A model generated the notes under the pieces. It was not told the DNA's origin and ran no database searches. It was given only the letters and a program-made list of their open reading frames with translations. The position numbers were made by a program, and so were the translations under genes. 64,000 bases of DNA from Lytechinus pictus (taxonomy: Eukaryota): NCBI RefSeq assembly GCF_037042905.1, contig NC_087247.1, positions 15,500,001 to 15,564,000 on the forward strand, in the 5' to 3' direction. Of this stretch, positions 24,125-38,345 are shown piece by piece (position 1 is the stretch's first letter; every line of letters begins with the position of its first letter).

Positions 24125-27100
24125 ATGGTGAAATTGAACTGAAATAAACGTTAAGCTTGAACCAGCAATCTGTATTTATACTCATCAAATTAATGCCGCC
24201 AACAGCACCAAGTTCTCACATCTGCTTCGCAGAAATGAGAAAAGAAATAATGAAAAAAAAATACAATTATGCTAATAACCACAATAATATTATTATTAAT
24301 GATTCTCATCATCTGCAAAAAGATTGAAATATCCAATACGCCTCATTCCATTAACACTGTATATCCCTTGTGTAAAGTATGTGCTGTGTACATGTACTGC
24401 CATCGCATGTACCATTCAGCCACTATTACAGAAAATCAACTTTTACATGAAATTCATTGAAATTCTGCCTTGTCTGACTGTCTTATTATATTTGGCTTGA
24501 CACTTGCTGACAAAGCACAATCAAGCATCATCAGCCAGGGTACTCCATTCAATAGCTGTCTAAAAATATCAGAAAAATTGCTACTTTTTAAAACTCCCAA
24601 CATTTCTCGAAAATTCCTGAGAATTGCCCAAAATACCTAAAATTCTCAATAAATTCCTGTTTATTCCCATGGAAAGTTTCCACTGCGAAAATTCCTGGGA
24701 ATTTTGCAACCCTAATTATAAGTATGTTTTTGTTTTATAATTATATTCAGAGAGATTTCTAGAAGATTTTATTTTGTATTACTGGTAGTGATACCTTGTG
24801 ATTGTAAATAGTTTGAGAAATATGTACAGATTGATTCTTAGTTTACTTTTGGAATAATCTTTTTAAATTGTTTTGCATTTTCTGATTCAATTATCTTAAT
24901 GATTTTGTATTATTATCTTCAAATGTTTTGTATAATGAGGAAGAAATATGATTTAAAAAAAAAGAAACTTCAGTCTCAGCTGCAGCTTTCTCATCGATGG
25001 TTACATGTACCTGTATGTTCCACTGGAGCTGGACAACGTCTTGTTCCACTACACCTCTCCATAGGCTGAAGTCCTTCCGCTCTGTACAGGGAACCTAGGC
25101 TACAGATCTAGACCTTATTTTATGTCTTAAATTTTGTTGTGTGAGGGCGTATGTCTGCGCAAAGGATTACAGGAATGAAAAGGGGGCAAACACGAAAACA
25201 GCTTACGGGAACCATACAACGCCATATGTTTTGTGTCGTGTCACTCGAAATTCAGACTGTTTTTAAAGTCACATTTGTATATATATTGAAATTGTTTTGT
25301 ATTGATGGTCTACTTGAATGTGGTTTTATAATATAATCTTTATGATTGAGCAGTGAAATGATGAACTCCATGCTCAAAATATTTTCATAGTTTTCTAGAT
25401 CAAGAGCTGAATTCATGCAGTTTTTGTAGGAAAAGTGAGCATGGTGATTAAATCCCCAGGTCAACAATGCTGATTGACATAACAGCACCAAGTTAGCGAA
25501 GAGAATCTTATTTTTCCAGTAAAGCATTTTGATGAGAATCATGTACATGTAGACCATGATACATTTTTTTAATAAAAAAAAATAAGTAAAAAAATCTAAA
25601 TCTGATTTGAATCAAATCTGATTTTTGATATTTTTTTAAACCAAGGAAAATCCCCAACCCTTGTTAGAAAACAAAAATGTTTTAAATGTCACAGTGAGAC
25701 ATCGTCAAACTTAAAAATTATATATATATATTTTTTTTGCAGGAGTTTCTGCATTTATTGTAAAGTCAAAATGAATTTAAAATACATAAACATAATCGTA
25801 GTATGACATTAAAGTACATTGCAATGTGACAGATTTATAACAGTGTCATAACAAAATTTAAACATGAATACAATTTAAGGATAAGACAAAGTAGTGAAAT
25901 GCAAATGCAGTGGCAAACTATATAAGCAAAATAAATGCTCGAGTAATAGCAGCCAAAAGGGAAAAGGGGCTACATGGAAACCAATATATATTCCATAGGT
26001 CTGGAAGAAAAATCTGACATCACAAATCATCAGAAAAGGAGAAAGAAAAATGAAGAAATTAAGTGTGCGTGTGTGTTTGTGTGCAAGTGGGTGAACGTGC
26101 AGGTGTGATATTTAAGAATACTTCGATAAAAGATATATTTTTTAATGAAGCTTTGAAAGAAAAGATAGATGCAGTGAGTTTAATATCATTGGGCAAATCA
26201 TGAATATGAATCATATGTGGCGTTTTTTTTCCCACTTCAATTCTGCAATATTCACATCTACTCTCAAAACAAATGCTGAATCAAAGTCTCGTTATTAAAG
26301 CTCAATAACTTGCTCCTCCGATCACATTACCAAATCAGTAATTTGAGAATCCATATGATTGTAACAATTTCTTGATTTTGTGATTATTTTGGTGAAAAAA
26401 ATTCATGTGAGATTGTTCTCAGAGTTTGGTCGGGAAGAAGCCTGTGCAGCAGGAATTGAGAAGCAATCCATCAGCTCGTGTCTGCCACGCGGGAAAGCTG
26501 CCACAAGCTACATACGGTGTAAGCTGACTGTGTGTGTATAGATCAAAGAAAAAAGCGCAAACAAACTGGCTAGCAATTTAATCTGTATTTTTGCTTGTGA
26601 AATATTGGAAAACTTGATTAGATTTTATTTTACTCGGAGAATTTTTGCTTTTATTTTATGGGGCTCCACCAATTGGTTTAGACCATGGTGTCTTCCAGAG
26701 GAAATGGGCATCCAAAAGACGCCCAGACGCCCCTGTGGCTAAACCCCTGTTTGTGGCTTGAAATCTTGAATAGTGATACTAATGTGTTTATTGAATAAAT
26801 ACAGGTTAGTTTCATATTAGTGTAGAGTATCTCTTATCTGGAGGAAACCCACTCTGTTTCAATGTTGACCTATGGTAAGGTCTTTAGGAAGTTACCACTA
26901 GACTATAGTACTCCTGATATAAATCATGGACCTACTAGAGATGCATAAATGAAGCTTGATGAAGCTGCATGATGTCATTTGATTGCTCTCAGGCAATTGT
27001 AAACTTACTGTTTCCAACTGGATCCTGGAGGGGAAATATTGCTGAAGCTCTGCCTTGGAGATTAAACTAAGGTCTGATTTTGTTAGGTTTTGTGCGGCAT

Positions 27101-28750
27101 TGTTTTTAAGGCGATAGGATGGATCTTTTTTTTTTATTGTGCATTTTTCTTGTATATTTCAAAAGAAATATTATTGGGTTTAAAGTTACATCTTGTTTTG
27201 TTTTTTTACTTCTTTAAAGATGACTTCAACTTGATTGTTGCTTCATGTCATGCATAGCTACATACTGTACATTATGTCAATTTGTAGTTTGGTCATGAAT
27301 ATTGTGCATTGAATTTATGCTTTTCATGTTTGTATTGCATACCTGCATTTTATCTGGTCAACCTTCATATCTATTAAAATATGGGTATACTTTACATGTA
27401 CAATGTAATGTAAAAAAATCATTTTAATTATGATTTATATTTAAAAAAATGTAAAAGAAAAAAAATGTGGTTTCCAACTACTTGGAAAATGATTCTAATC
27501 ATATATATATATACATGTAGTAGATGAAAATTTCCTTGATTTTTTCGTTAATTGATTGTTGAATTAACTTTAGTTTGACTATTTTACTATTTGTTTGATG
27601 ATTTCAATGCTGACATACTTTAAGTCTGTAAATGAGTAAATCTGAATTAAATGGAGCAGCGTTAAAAGTTGATTAAAGTGGGTGTAGAAACAAGTGAGGA
27701 TTACCATTATGCGCACAAGTAGGCCGTAAAGCAATATTTAAAAAATGCTTAAAATGTTTGGTTTTCAGGCCTAAGTTTAATAATTTAGTCAACAGATTTC
27801 GCGCTCTCATTAATACTAAATTGATAAATAAGGTAATTAACAGTTTCATGAATTTTCAGAATGGAATATCGATATCGACAAGTTTCATCTTGCGCTTAGG
27901 AAGAGGAATATCATTTTCATATGATGACAAAATGTCCTTACAATTTCCCTGGGTGCTACATGTACATGTAGGTCTAAATATTTATAATAATTAAAAAAAT
28001 CGGCTCGTGCTTCGATTTCTTACTATTATGGCTAATATAAGATTTAATTTTTTATGTTTTTTGAGAATAAAGCTAAGAAATGACTTTTAGGATTACCCCT
28101 CCGAAAAAACAAATAAAACTCAACCTTGAGCGGCCGATCGGGGCAAATATGGGTAAAAAAAATTTCGGCCCCCCTATTGGCAAAAGCTGGATCCGCCCCT
28201 GAGCAGATACCCAGTTTTTCCATTTTTTACTGGTCCGAACCTAAAATTTACTGGTCCCCAAAATAAAGAAAAACATGAAAAAAGACTGGGTTTATTTTGC
28301 TGTATTTTATTGCTTTTATTACCCCCCAAAAAAACCCATGCAAACAAACAGTAGGCCTACACATGCATACAACATAATACATAAAAGCCAAAATTTCTCA
28401 GTTTTAGAGACCTATTTTTAAGATGTCAGAGCTATTTTTATAATTTACAAAAGAGGAGAAAATATCAAATTTGTATCAGTTTGATATATATTTACTGGTC
28501 ATGTTGGTCCGCTAAATCTGGCTATTTCTGAAAAAATAACTGGCCCGATAGCAATTTTTACTGGTGTGGGACCGTCGGAACAGTGCCAGTGTTACGCACT
28601 GTCCTAGATGTGGATCACATGAGTAAATGTAAATTGTACATTGGAAGAAGCATGCACGTCATTCGTACCCATGAAGCATATTATTTACAAGCTTATCACA
28701 ATAGGTTTGAAATACTGTACTTGTTTTTCTTTTTATTTTCAGTTTCAAAA

Positions 28751-28826
28751 ATGAAATTATCACGTCTTCTTCACCATAGCTGGATCCTTCTTGTACATTG
28801 CCTGTGGAGAAATGTATCAGGGCTTG
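28751..28826 (+). CDS. CUB-CUB-LDLa-EGF-EGF membrane protein, coding exon 1 (signal peptide)
   Basis: Acceptor ttttattttcag 8 nt upstream; aaaATG; MKLSRLLHHSWILLVHCLWRNVSGL; donor G|gtaagt, phase 1. Confidence 0.8.
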
Positions 28827-29313
28827 GTAAGTGTCGCTTTTTTTCTCCTCATCCTTTCTCAAGTACAAAAAATACACATAAACAAACAGAAATGCTTTGC
28901 CTGATATGAACATGAAAAACACCAAAAAAAGGAAAAAAAAGAAAGCAAAACATCTAACTACTATTATTGTGTCGATATATATTGATTGCTTTGTTAAAAT
29001 TGAACAATTTTGACAAAATTGTTCAGACATTTCATGCCTCACTTTATATCCCTCACTACATGTAAAAGACACAGACAGTTTTTTATTTTGTATTTCACAC
29101 CACAATTAGTAGTTGTTGATGAAATCGTTAAGCTAGTGGATAAGCCTTATGGTTCACACCCACTTGTTGGATTGGGAAAAAGGGCTTAGTGGGATTCAAG
29201 AGAAATACCCGGTGTGGTAACGATAATAATAATAATACATAACATTTATAAGGCGCTTACTACTGGTGTTTCTAAGCGCACTGTGTTCTGTTTATGGTTT
29301 GTACTTGGGTTAA

Positions 29314-30034
29314 AGAAAAAAATCTCAAAATGGGTTCGAACAGAATCCAATAGATGACCATCAAAGTGGTTGTATGTGCCCTATGGCTCTAGAAGAAGAT
29401 GTGTAATTGCTGAGAAATGAGCAAAATAAATACAGAATTCATATTTGTAAATTCAAAGATGTTTTACCAAACGTTGAGGCCTTTAAATTGTTTTTTAAAA
29501 ACAGAAAGATTTGGAATACTCCTTAGCCAAAAAAAGAAATAAGCTTTCCATCCACTTCAAAAAATGGAAATTTGAGGTGTATTCCTGTTATTCATGAATA
29601 TGCTAAATACAGCTCGATATTTCTAGTCTTTTTAACCTATACATGTACAGCAAGTAGCAACTGTGTAATGCTATGTTGTTGGTGTGTTTGCCTTGTATTT
29701 TTTATTGTTTTGTTTGTTAAACTTTTTTTATTGCCTTTTGTTACAATAACTCTGATCTGTTTTAATAAGTTGTAAATATTGTAATTTTACCTTGATCATG
29801 ATTTTATGATATAATAAAACATACAAATATAAAAAAAATGTTGGGTATTTTACACTCTCCCACATACGTTCTTTTGAGTTAGTGATTATGTAAGTATTGT
29901 CAGTTGTCAGCTAAGATTTCATGATTTCACAAAGATAAACATTAATGTACCAGATCTAGATCTATGATATTGACAATTAACCTTGATTTTAAAGACTTTC
30001 TAATGAAATAATTGTTTGATGCATATATATACCT
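29314..30034. mobile_element. Degenerate, interrupted family B Kolobok-like copy
   Basis: acagaatccaa..atgacca..aaagtg and gtaccagatctagatc match 33769-34163; TTAA at both ends. Confidence 0.6.
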
Positions 30035-30782
30035 TTAAGGGTGGTTAATGAACATTCAAATCAAATATATTTTTTCTGATTTTTTTACCAAAAAAAAATC
30101 AAAATCTTTCTGTTATTAAAGCAGTGGTAAATGAATTATTACTGAATTACATGGATGTAGAATATTTTATCTTCCTGAGCTGCCATCCATTTCCCAGAAT
30201 TTCTAATATTTGCAAACAAGGTTTTCATGGCTAAGCTTATCGCGCGGGGGGGGGGGGGGGGGGGGGTGCCATCTTTCAACATGCACATTTACTGTTAATA
30301 ATATATTATGAATACAAAGTGCTTTTTTTAATTCGTATTTTGTGTACATGAACGGTATGGTATTGAGAATTCATTTTCTTTTTGCTCCAGTTTTGGGCAA
30401 ATATTTAAGAGAAACTTGTGCAAATCAGTACATCAACCAAACTAAAATTTGTAAACAAAGTGTTTACATTGGCTCCTTTCATGTTCAAAGTTTGAGTACC
30501 CTCTCTGTAGTCGAGTCTGAATGGGAAGACTATGAAAATGTTCTTTGTGTTTTTTTTTCAAATTTGAGGACATTTGACATCAAACTTCATGCATTTATTT
30601 TGATTTATGATCATGACAGTATTGAGGAAAACGATAGATTAAATGTTTGCATTATTTATAGTCACAACAAATATGTTGAATGCCTGCACATCTTAGCTTT
30701 GATTGTTATATGAGAATATAATGAGTTTTATAGACATGTTTATGTTGGCCTTTTACAATGCATAAATGTATTGTATAGTGTA

Positions 30783-32118
30783 GGGGAGACAAAAATTGCT
30801 GTAAAGTCCAAATAGACTTTATTCAAGAAACAATCAATATATCAGCTTAAAGCATATATCTAAGGGCTACAAATGTACCCATAAAATTCTTTAACTCTAT
30901 GATGGTTACTGAAAAAAAATACACCTTGAACAAGACCATCTCTAGTGTTCCAACTAACATATATATACGGGGTAAGTTGGAACATGGTATGGGGTAAGTT
31001 GGAACACTGCATGGTCAATTAAGAATTATACTAAAACTACTACGTGGTTTTAGCTTTATTGCTTATTTTTTTCAAGTTCAAAATATTAAAGGTGTGTATT
31101 CTGATTTGTTGAACTTAATGTTTTCTATTACACATAATTAAGAGCCACTCAAGCAAGCCGACTGTGTGGTAGAATTCTGCATATTTTGTGTGCGTTTGAT
31201 TTTACAAGCAACTAAGTGTTGAACAGCAATTTCATGTACTTCTGCACCAAATTTACATGATATTGATCTTCCTTGATCAGATAATTATTTATACAATGTA
31301 CTTTTTTGAACTGTTAACTCAGTAATAAAATGGATATGGGGGCTGACATTGTTTATATGAAATATAAATAGTGGCTTTCATGACAAATGTATGATGCCAA
31401 AATCTTATTACTCATTAGGTAGGGGCAAAGTTGGGGATGATAATAGGAACACACACCTTTAACTGTACTTTGAACTATTTATCTATACCATAGATACAAT
31501 AACAATTAAAGGTCAGAACTGAATGAATGAAAAGGTAAATTATGCTAAGAACTATTGAACATTGTTGTCTAACATGATGAGATACAAACAAAGTGTGGTA
31601 CCGTACCCAATAAAATGCACCTACGGTAGCATGTAAAACAAAAATACATTGGGTAATTAATTTGGCAACTGATTACTAAATATATTGCCGTTAAGATTTT
31701 AAACCAAAACATTTGCTGTTCCAAATAGCCCCTTCAATTTTGTTCCAACTAACCCCAGAGGCCCATGTGACATTTACAAGCTTACAGCACAAAAAAGGGA
31801 CTTCACCATCGCATGTTAATAACCTTATTTTATAGCTGAATGTCTACTATACCCCTGAACTGACCAACTTGATCTAAACATCTCTGAGATAATAAAACAT
31901 TTTCTGAAAGAAAAAAAAATTACTCAGAAGATGAAAAAAACAAACATTCCTTTCTTACTTCACCAGGCTTGTTGCACATGTGGTGTCTGTAATATGGTGG
32001 ATGGCTGCTGCTAATGGCAATAAATCGAGCGCAGTATTGCATACATTTATTTATAGGTGTTTAAGAAAATTACAATATGTTTCAACTTACCCACGTTCCA
32101 ACTAACCCCAAGCTCCCC
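30783..32118. mobile_element. TA-flanked pogo-like non-autonomous element
   Basis: TA|GGGGAG...CTCCCC|TA; subterminal GGGGTAAGTTGGAAC / GTTCCAACTAACCCC repeats. Confidence 0.72.
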
Positions 32119-32543
32119 TACATGTATGCCTCCAAGTTTGTAATATTGTTTTCTTCAATTTAGGACTGTAGTTGAATTATACCATTTTCATAGGCTTTAA
32201 TTAATTTGGTTCTTCATTGTTATTGTGTAAATAATTCTAGTTAAAGAACACTGCTTTCTTGACTTCATTTTCCTTACATTCTGGCTGTAAGTAGGCAAAT
32301 GATATCTAGACGATTGTCCGTTTGTCAATTTTTCCCTCCAATTTATGGACATTCACACGTTATCATTTTGATATACATGTAATTTATGCTAGACCTGCCT
32401 AGCAATATAAGGCAAAATGATACACAATAACGGAAAATTGTGGATAGAAACAAAATGTTGCTTTAATAATTGTAATAATAGTTGTTTAATAAATGTAAAC
32501 ACAAGTTTTTCTTTATTGTTTTTATTATCCATTTGTAATTCAG

Positions 32544-32758
32544 CTTGCAGTAGGATTATCGAGGGATCAATGGGCTCAGAGGGTGAGATATCTGCACCCC
32601 TCTTTCCTTCTAGTTACCCCCGTGAAGACTCCTTCTACACCTGTACGTACAGGCTGAGGAATAGGAATCTTACCAATCTCAGACTGGTCTTCAGTGACTT
32701 TCATCTTGATGATGATATTGCTGGAGGATTTAAGAATGGAACAAGGGATTATTTACAG
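32544..32758 (+). CDS. CUB/LDLa/EGF membrane protein, exon 2 (CUB1 N-half)
   Basis: ACSRIIEGSMGSEGEISAPLFPSSYP...CTYRL...LRLVFSDFHLD...DYLQ; aattcag acceptor, CAG|gtgaga donor, phase 1/0. Confidence 0.9.
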
Positions 32759-32782
32759 GTGAGATGTAAGGCCACTTTAAGT

Positions 32783-33214
32783 CAGGGTGCTACATAACAT
32801 AAGCACTTGCCCGATTGCCCGGGGCTAGGAAAAGTTATAGTCGGGCAAGTGTTTTGAAGTAAAGACCAAAACTACTTGCCCGAATTGGGAAAGGAAAATT
32901 CTCAAAGTGGAATGACCAAAATTAGGGTCGATATATTTGATATGATATCGACCCTGATTTTGGTCATAGCGGGCAAGATAAAATCACTTTGGAAAAAGAC
33001 GTGCAATAACAAGGTACATCAGTTCATGTCAAAAGAGAGAAAAGAAGTTCAATGGTTTATAAAACCACAATACTTTCTTTTGAAGAGGTAAAACTTTTTT
33101 TTCAAGGATTTTTTCGGGCAAGTGAAATAGATTTTTGGGCAAGTATATTCCAACTATTTAAAAATTTACTTGCCCAACCGGGAAAGTGCTTCTAAAAAGT
33201 TATGTAGCACCCTT
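32783..33214. mobile_element. hAT-like MITE
   Basis: TIR CAGGGTGCTACATAAC / GTTATGTAGCACCCT; 8-bp TSD CTTTAAGT / CTTTAAGA; cttgccc / gggcaag subterminal repeats. Confidence 0.8.
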
Positions 33215-33768
33215 CTTTAAGATTGGTCTGCCAACCAATTTTTAACGCAGTAACATTTGATGCAAATATTGCGATAAGGAACATCTTCCTGTTGAAAGTT
33301 AAAAATCCTTGTGTATCTATATGCTACCCTTCAGAATAAAAGCAAATTTAATAACTTATTGCTATGACATCATTGCAATCGTACCATCAGCTACAATAAA
33401 TCAATTTGGCTATTACTCCAAGAGAATTAAGGTTTGCAATTATAAAAAAATGTGATATTAGACTAATGGTCTTTTTAATTACAGAAAATATTTTTGTTCC
33501 AAAATCAGATTGTCAACCAGTCGTAAGTTGTGCAATGGACTTTGGACTGCATTTAACCAATTTGAGCAGAGAATAATTGTTGTTGACATTGCCAGTTATG
33601 CACTGTAGTTTAAGGAGTAGAATTGGGGAAACAATACAAAGAATGTTTTGGGGCAATTTAATAAATTGAGATCGGTTGGTAGACAATTTTGGGACCAAAT
33701 ATCAGTTGTAAGTCTGGCAACTAATTGTAAATCTGAACTTTGTTACTAGTGTGCTAGCTTGGACTTAA

Positions 33769-34163
33769 AGGTAAATGCTAGTTTTGGTAACGATATCAAA
33801 ATGAGTTCGTACAGAATCCAATGAAATGACCACCAAAGTGTCTGTTTGTATAAATAAAAAGCATGTGCCAAAGGATTCTGGAAGAAATTGTGTAATTGCT
33901 GAGAAATCAGCAAATAAGCACAGGATTCGGGTAGAGCGTCGGGCCCGACGCTCAAAGCAATAATTATACGCTGTCCCACGTGCGCTTATCTGTGTTGGGG
34001 AAGTTCAGTCTGAACATTTTTCAGCGTAGATTTCAAGATTTCACAAAGTTCAGTTTATGTAACTGTACCAGATCTAGATCCTCGATGATATACTGACAAT
34101 TAAGCCTGGTTTTACAGACTTTCTCATGAAATCAGTGTTTACTGCAACTACTGGAATTTCTCT
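33769..34163. mobile_element. Family B Kolobok-like copy (inverted relative to 6839)
   Basis: TTAA flanks; close reverse complement of 6839-7232. Confidence 0.88.
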
Positions 34164-35054
34164 TTAAACTTGAGTTTGGCATCGGTTGCAAATCCTCCCT
34201 CTTCCGTATTTCCAAAAGTTGGCATTTCTGTTCATGTCCCCTGATCTGTAAATTGTTGTATGAGAAGCAATTGTACATGTACTGCATACTGTATGTCTTC
34301 ATATGATGTAGTAGAGTGTCTTATCCATTCTTTACATTTTTGGGTGCATATATTTAATGGTGCTGTGCATGTTTAAAGAAATCTAGTTTGTACATTGACT
34401 ACTACATGTGTAATGTAGGTCCTGTTTATAAACATCCATAAATACATACATGGAGGGCCATAATACATTCACGTGATTGTGAGCGAGCATGTGGTTTTGT
34501 GATCATACACATATTGTGAGAATATTGCTTCAGCTGGCAAAAAAAATCCTTGAATTTGTCGCTTATCTGTGTTTGTGGAAGTCATTAAGCTGTGTTTGTT
34601 AGTCACAGAGTATGATAGGAAACCACCGTGACCATGCATCTGTGTTTTGGAACCAAAACGTACAGTTGTGAAACATGTGTGATTAAAGGCTCTGATTTAT
34701 GTTTGATAGAAGCATGTAATTTCAAAAATAAAACAGACAGCTAAGTTTATTGTGAGTATCATATGAACATGATAAAGCTGTATTAGAGATAATTTTTTTT
34801 CACCCCTGTCCAGCATGCTTTTAAAGCAAATTTAGTTGAAAATCTGGCTTCGTTCCTGATCATTTTCATAAAATCAGGGGTTTTTTTAAATTAAAATATG
34901 AAAATAATATTTCTGCCAAATGATTTTATAATGCCCTGTAGTGACAGGTTACCATCAGAATAATTCAATATGCAAATCAAAATTGACAAATAGTTGACTA
35001 CATTGTACATGGGTTGCATCCACTTTGTCTTCTAGCCGATGGTCTAATGCTCAG

Positions 35055-35239
35055 TACCGGCTGCACCAAAACGTTTTCAGCATTAACAGAGTGCTTACAG
35101 CAGGCCCAGTTGTAAGCGTTGATCTAAGATGTCAAAAATGCGTTGTTGTAACATGAGGCATTGCTGCAACATTACTGGTTGTAACAGAGGCTTTCGTTAG
35201 CATGTTGTTTGCGCTAACAACGTTTCTGTGCGGCCGGTA
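35055..35239. mobile_element. Short MITE with CAG duplication
   Basis: CAG|TACCGGCTGCAC..AAACGTT / AACGTTT..GTGCGGCCGGTA|CAG. Confidence 0.72.
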
Positions 35240-35467
35240 CAGATGGCTTAATAGCCCACTTGGTCTACTATCACTTTGGGCTTATTACTGTTTGGTCCAA
35301 ACATCACTTGGTCTAAAACTCATTTGGTCAATATCTTATTTTAATAGTCTAATGTGAGACTGGTGAATTCCCACTTTGCCTACTTATGATTTGCAATTTG
35401 CCTAATAAAACTTTTGCAATATTAACATCCATGTAATTAGTTGATCTTTTTTCATATATCATCCTAG

Positions 35468-35672
35468 ATTGATCTTCACGATGGTCAGACGCCTCGTGTA
35501 TACGTGGGTATCAATCGTCCTACCATCATCCTCAGTTCCTCAGATGAGATAACCCTTACACTTGGTGTCCAGGCAAACCAACCCAACATTTACCCAGGAT
35601 TGAGGACATTCGCTGCACAGTATTCTTTTATCACAGCTTCTCAGATGATTGAATATGAGGCAATATACACGG
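35468..35672 (+). CDS. CUB/LDLa/EGF membrane protein, exon 3 (CUB1 C-half)
   Basis: IDLHDGQTPRVYVGINRPTIILSSSDEITLTL...RTFAAQYSF; atcctag acceptor, G|gtgagt donor, phase 0/1. Confidence 0.88.
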
Positions 35673-36258
35673 GTGAGTTCATTTCTTCTGTGTGTTTGTT
35701 GCATAAAGTGGTTTGAGTGGGGTCAATTTATTTCACAAGATACCGTCAAAAGTACAAAGTAACGTAGTGTTATGATGGGACCTAAGTAGGGACTAATGAA
35801 GGATGTTCAGAAAACACTGTAATTTGGATTGCCAATGTGTACACAGATCTCTTAACCATTTTAATGTCAAGGAAAGAATATCATTTTTTTTTACCATTCT
35901 GAGCTTTGGTTTTTCTATGATTATACCATCATTCTTGATATCTTTACTGCACAATCCGATGAGAAATACTGTTTCTTTCCTATATGTATCTATGAGCAAA
36001 ATCATCAAAATATTTTAGTAACATGGGTTGGGATGTAGGAAACAAACAACTTCTTTATTTCAAGGCAGACTGAAATACAAATCAATCAAATAATTGGAAT
36101 CAGGAAAGAAAGGCACTCACAGAAAACTTCATGTAAATTTGAATCAAATTCCCCAGGCTACCAATAAGGGAAAAGAAGAAAAAGTCATTAAAACAATTAA
36201 AATATGATAGAAACATATGAAACAGAAACAAAGATGGTAATACCTTTGTGGTCATATC

Positions 36259-36660
36259 ATACCCCTTTCATAAACCCAATAAAACCCAATTATGCGGCTA
36301 ATAGCAGCATAATTTGGTCGTAAAATCAGAGGAGGACAAGAGTTATCCGCATTATTCTGATGCTGCTATTATCCGCATAATAGCGGCATCGGGACAAGAT
36401 TTTGAGTTTATGAACGTATTTCCAAATAATGCGGATAATTGCCATAGTGCGGTCACAAGGTCACCCTTTTCCAACACAACCGCATCGGAGGGGGCGTGTC
36501 CAGTTGTCATGACGATTATCCGCCTTTTTCAGGACGGGCGCTCGTAAAAATAATGCGGATAATTTTCGGAGTTTGTGAACGCAATTTTTATTGAATTATC
36601 CGCATTACTCTTAGGCGGCTAATTGGAGGATAGGTTTTATTGGGTTTATGAAAGGGGTAT
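36259..36660. mobile_element. MITE with 28-bp TIR
   Basis: atacccctttcataaacccaataaaacc / ggttttattgggtttatgaaaggggtat; internal ttatccgc / gcggataa repeats. Confidence 0.85.
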
Positions 36661-37464
36661 AAGTTTTGAGGATAAACCTATTTACGACAAAGTTAACACA
36701 CTCAATGGTTGGTCTAATAATACTTGTTATAAATACTGAACACTGAATATCACTCAAAATACATCACTTAAAGAGTTTCGAAATCCTACCACTTTGTCCA
36801 TTTCCATTGCATCATTTAAAATTCAAAGCTAACAAAACATGGAAAACGAAGTAATAACAAGAACTCTGTATTGACATTGCAAAGGAATTGTTGATATCAT
36901 TAGTTTGCGATGCAAATTGACAATTTTTTTAATTGTAAAGACAAACCATTATTAATTAAATTCTGTTTAAATAAACTTTAAAAGGAAAAATATAGTAGAG
37001 GTAGAAATTTGTGTGTGTGTGTGTGCAAACTTTAAAATAAAAAAATTGACGAAGGATTCAAATAGTCTACTAAAGCTACAACAGCTCATAGAGAAATACT
37101 TTTGGTATAGCATTTTATTGTGATTAGAAAGAAGGACTGAAATATAGTGACTTAATGTACATGTATTATGTGCAATGTATATTTTGGTAGAATTTGAATT
37201 CACATTCAACAACTAATCATAGAAATGCAGTAAAGACACTGATAAATAGAAAACAATAATTCTTCTACACGCATCCATGGTATGTGTCTCTAAGAACTGC
37301 TTATTATTATTATTATTATTAAATAAATTCAATAAATTCAATACACTCTTCCTGTTGTTAATTTCTTTTTCATTCACGGTATGCATCAAGAGAACCTACC
37401 ACCCCAAAATACATGTATCTTAAAAATGAATGAATAAATAAATTAAGTTCAGTATCATAGTACT

Positions 37465-37730
37465 ATAAAGTAAGTAAAAGAAGTAAGTAAAAGAAGTAAG
37501 TAAGTGAGCAGCACTGTAAGTAAGTAATCAAGTAATCTAATGAAGTAAGTACAGAAAGTAAGCAAGCAAGCACGCATTACAAGTATGTAAGAATTGAAGT
37601 TTGTAGGTGATCATAATGAGTACTTACCTGAATAACATTGTAGTTGAAAGAATAAAAGAGTAAAGAAAGAAAGAATGAAAGAAAGAAATAATGTAGTTGA
37701 AAGAATAGAAAAGAAAAAATGAAAGAGAGA
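37465..37730. repeat. Degenerate (AAGT)n and (AAAG)n microsatellites
   Basis: agtaagtaag and aaagaaagaa tracts. Confidence 0.75.
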
Positions 37731-38345
37731 AATACGTGTTATTGAGTACATTTCTAGATCGAGAAGTAAGATCAAACATTCAATGTTTACTTACTGAAAG
37801 AAATGAGACAACATTAACTGCATTTAATGGATTTTCCATATCCAGAGGTTTAACATAAAATGGCACTTTAGTGATGAGATTTAGGGCATTAAACATAGAT
37901 TGACATGATAAGACCTTACTGACAGGAGAAGATGAGTCGGTCTGGTTCAATGAATTCTCATCACCTCCAACCTTGTTTTTAATAGCGGAAACTGATAAAA
38001 ATACACACAAAAAAAAGAGAAATCCACAAGAGGTGATAGAACTGAAAGCTGATGATGGAGTTGGCAGGTTTCCTCTCTATCATTGGTAAGGTAGATTGAC
38101 CTGGTATCTAAATAAACATGCTGGTTAAAATCAGGACATCATGGAAAACCCTGGATTTCACTCTGCTAGGAACCAGTATCAGTCCATTCCAATCTTTAAT
38201 CTGTTTTTATACTTTTAGATTTGTGATATTCACTTGAAAGGTGATATACTTACATCTTGCAATGTACTGAAAATGAATTACGTAATGTCATTGGAATGCT
38301 TAGCTGCTTATTCAGAGTGATTTTCATGAGAATTGGTGATACCAG

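Noticed and set aside
21194-24142. F/S/L/P-rich and K/E/R-rich ORFs (21194-21499, 23565-24142, 23621-23982)
   Set aside because: Translations of CT-rich low-complexity DNA.
26420-26520. Possible non-coding exon of the CUB gene ending at gtaagc
   Set aside because: Only a donor-like hexamer and mild GC enrichment; cannot be supported without transcripts.
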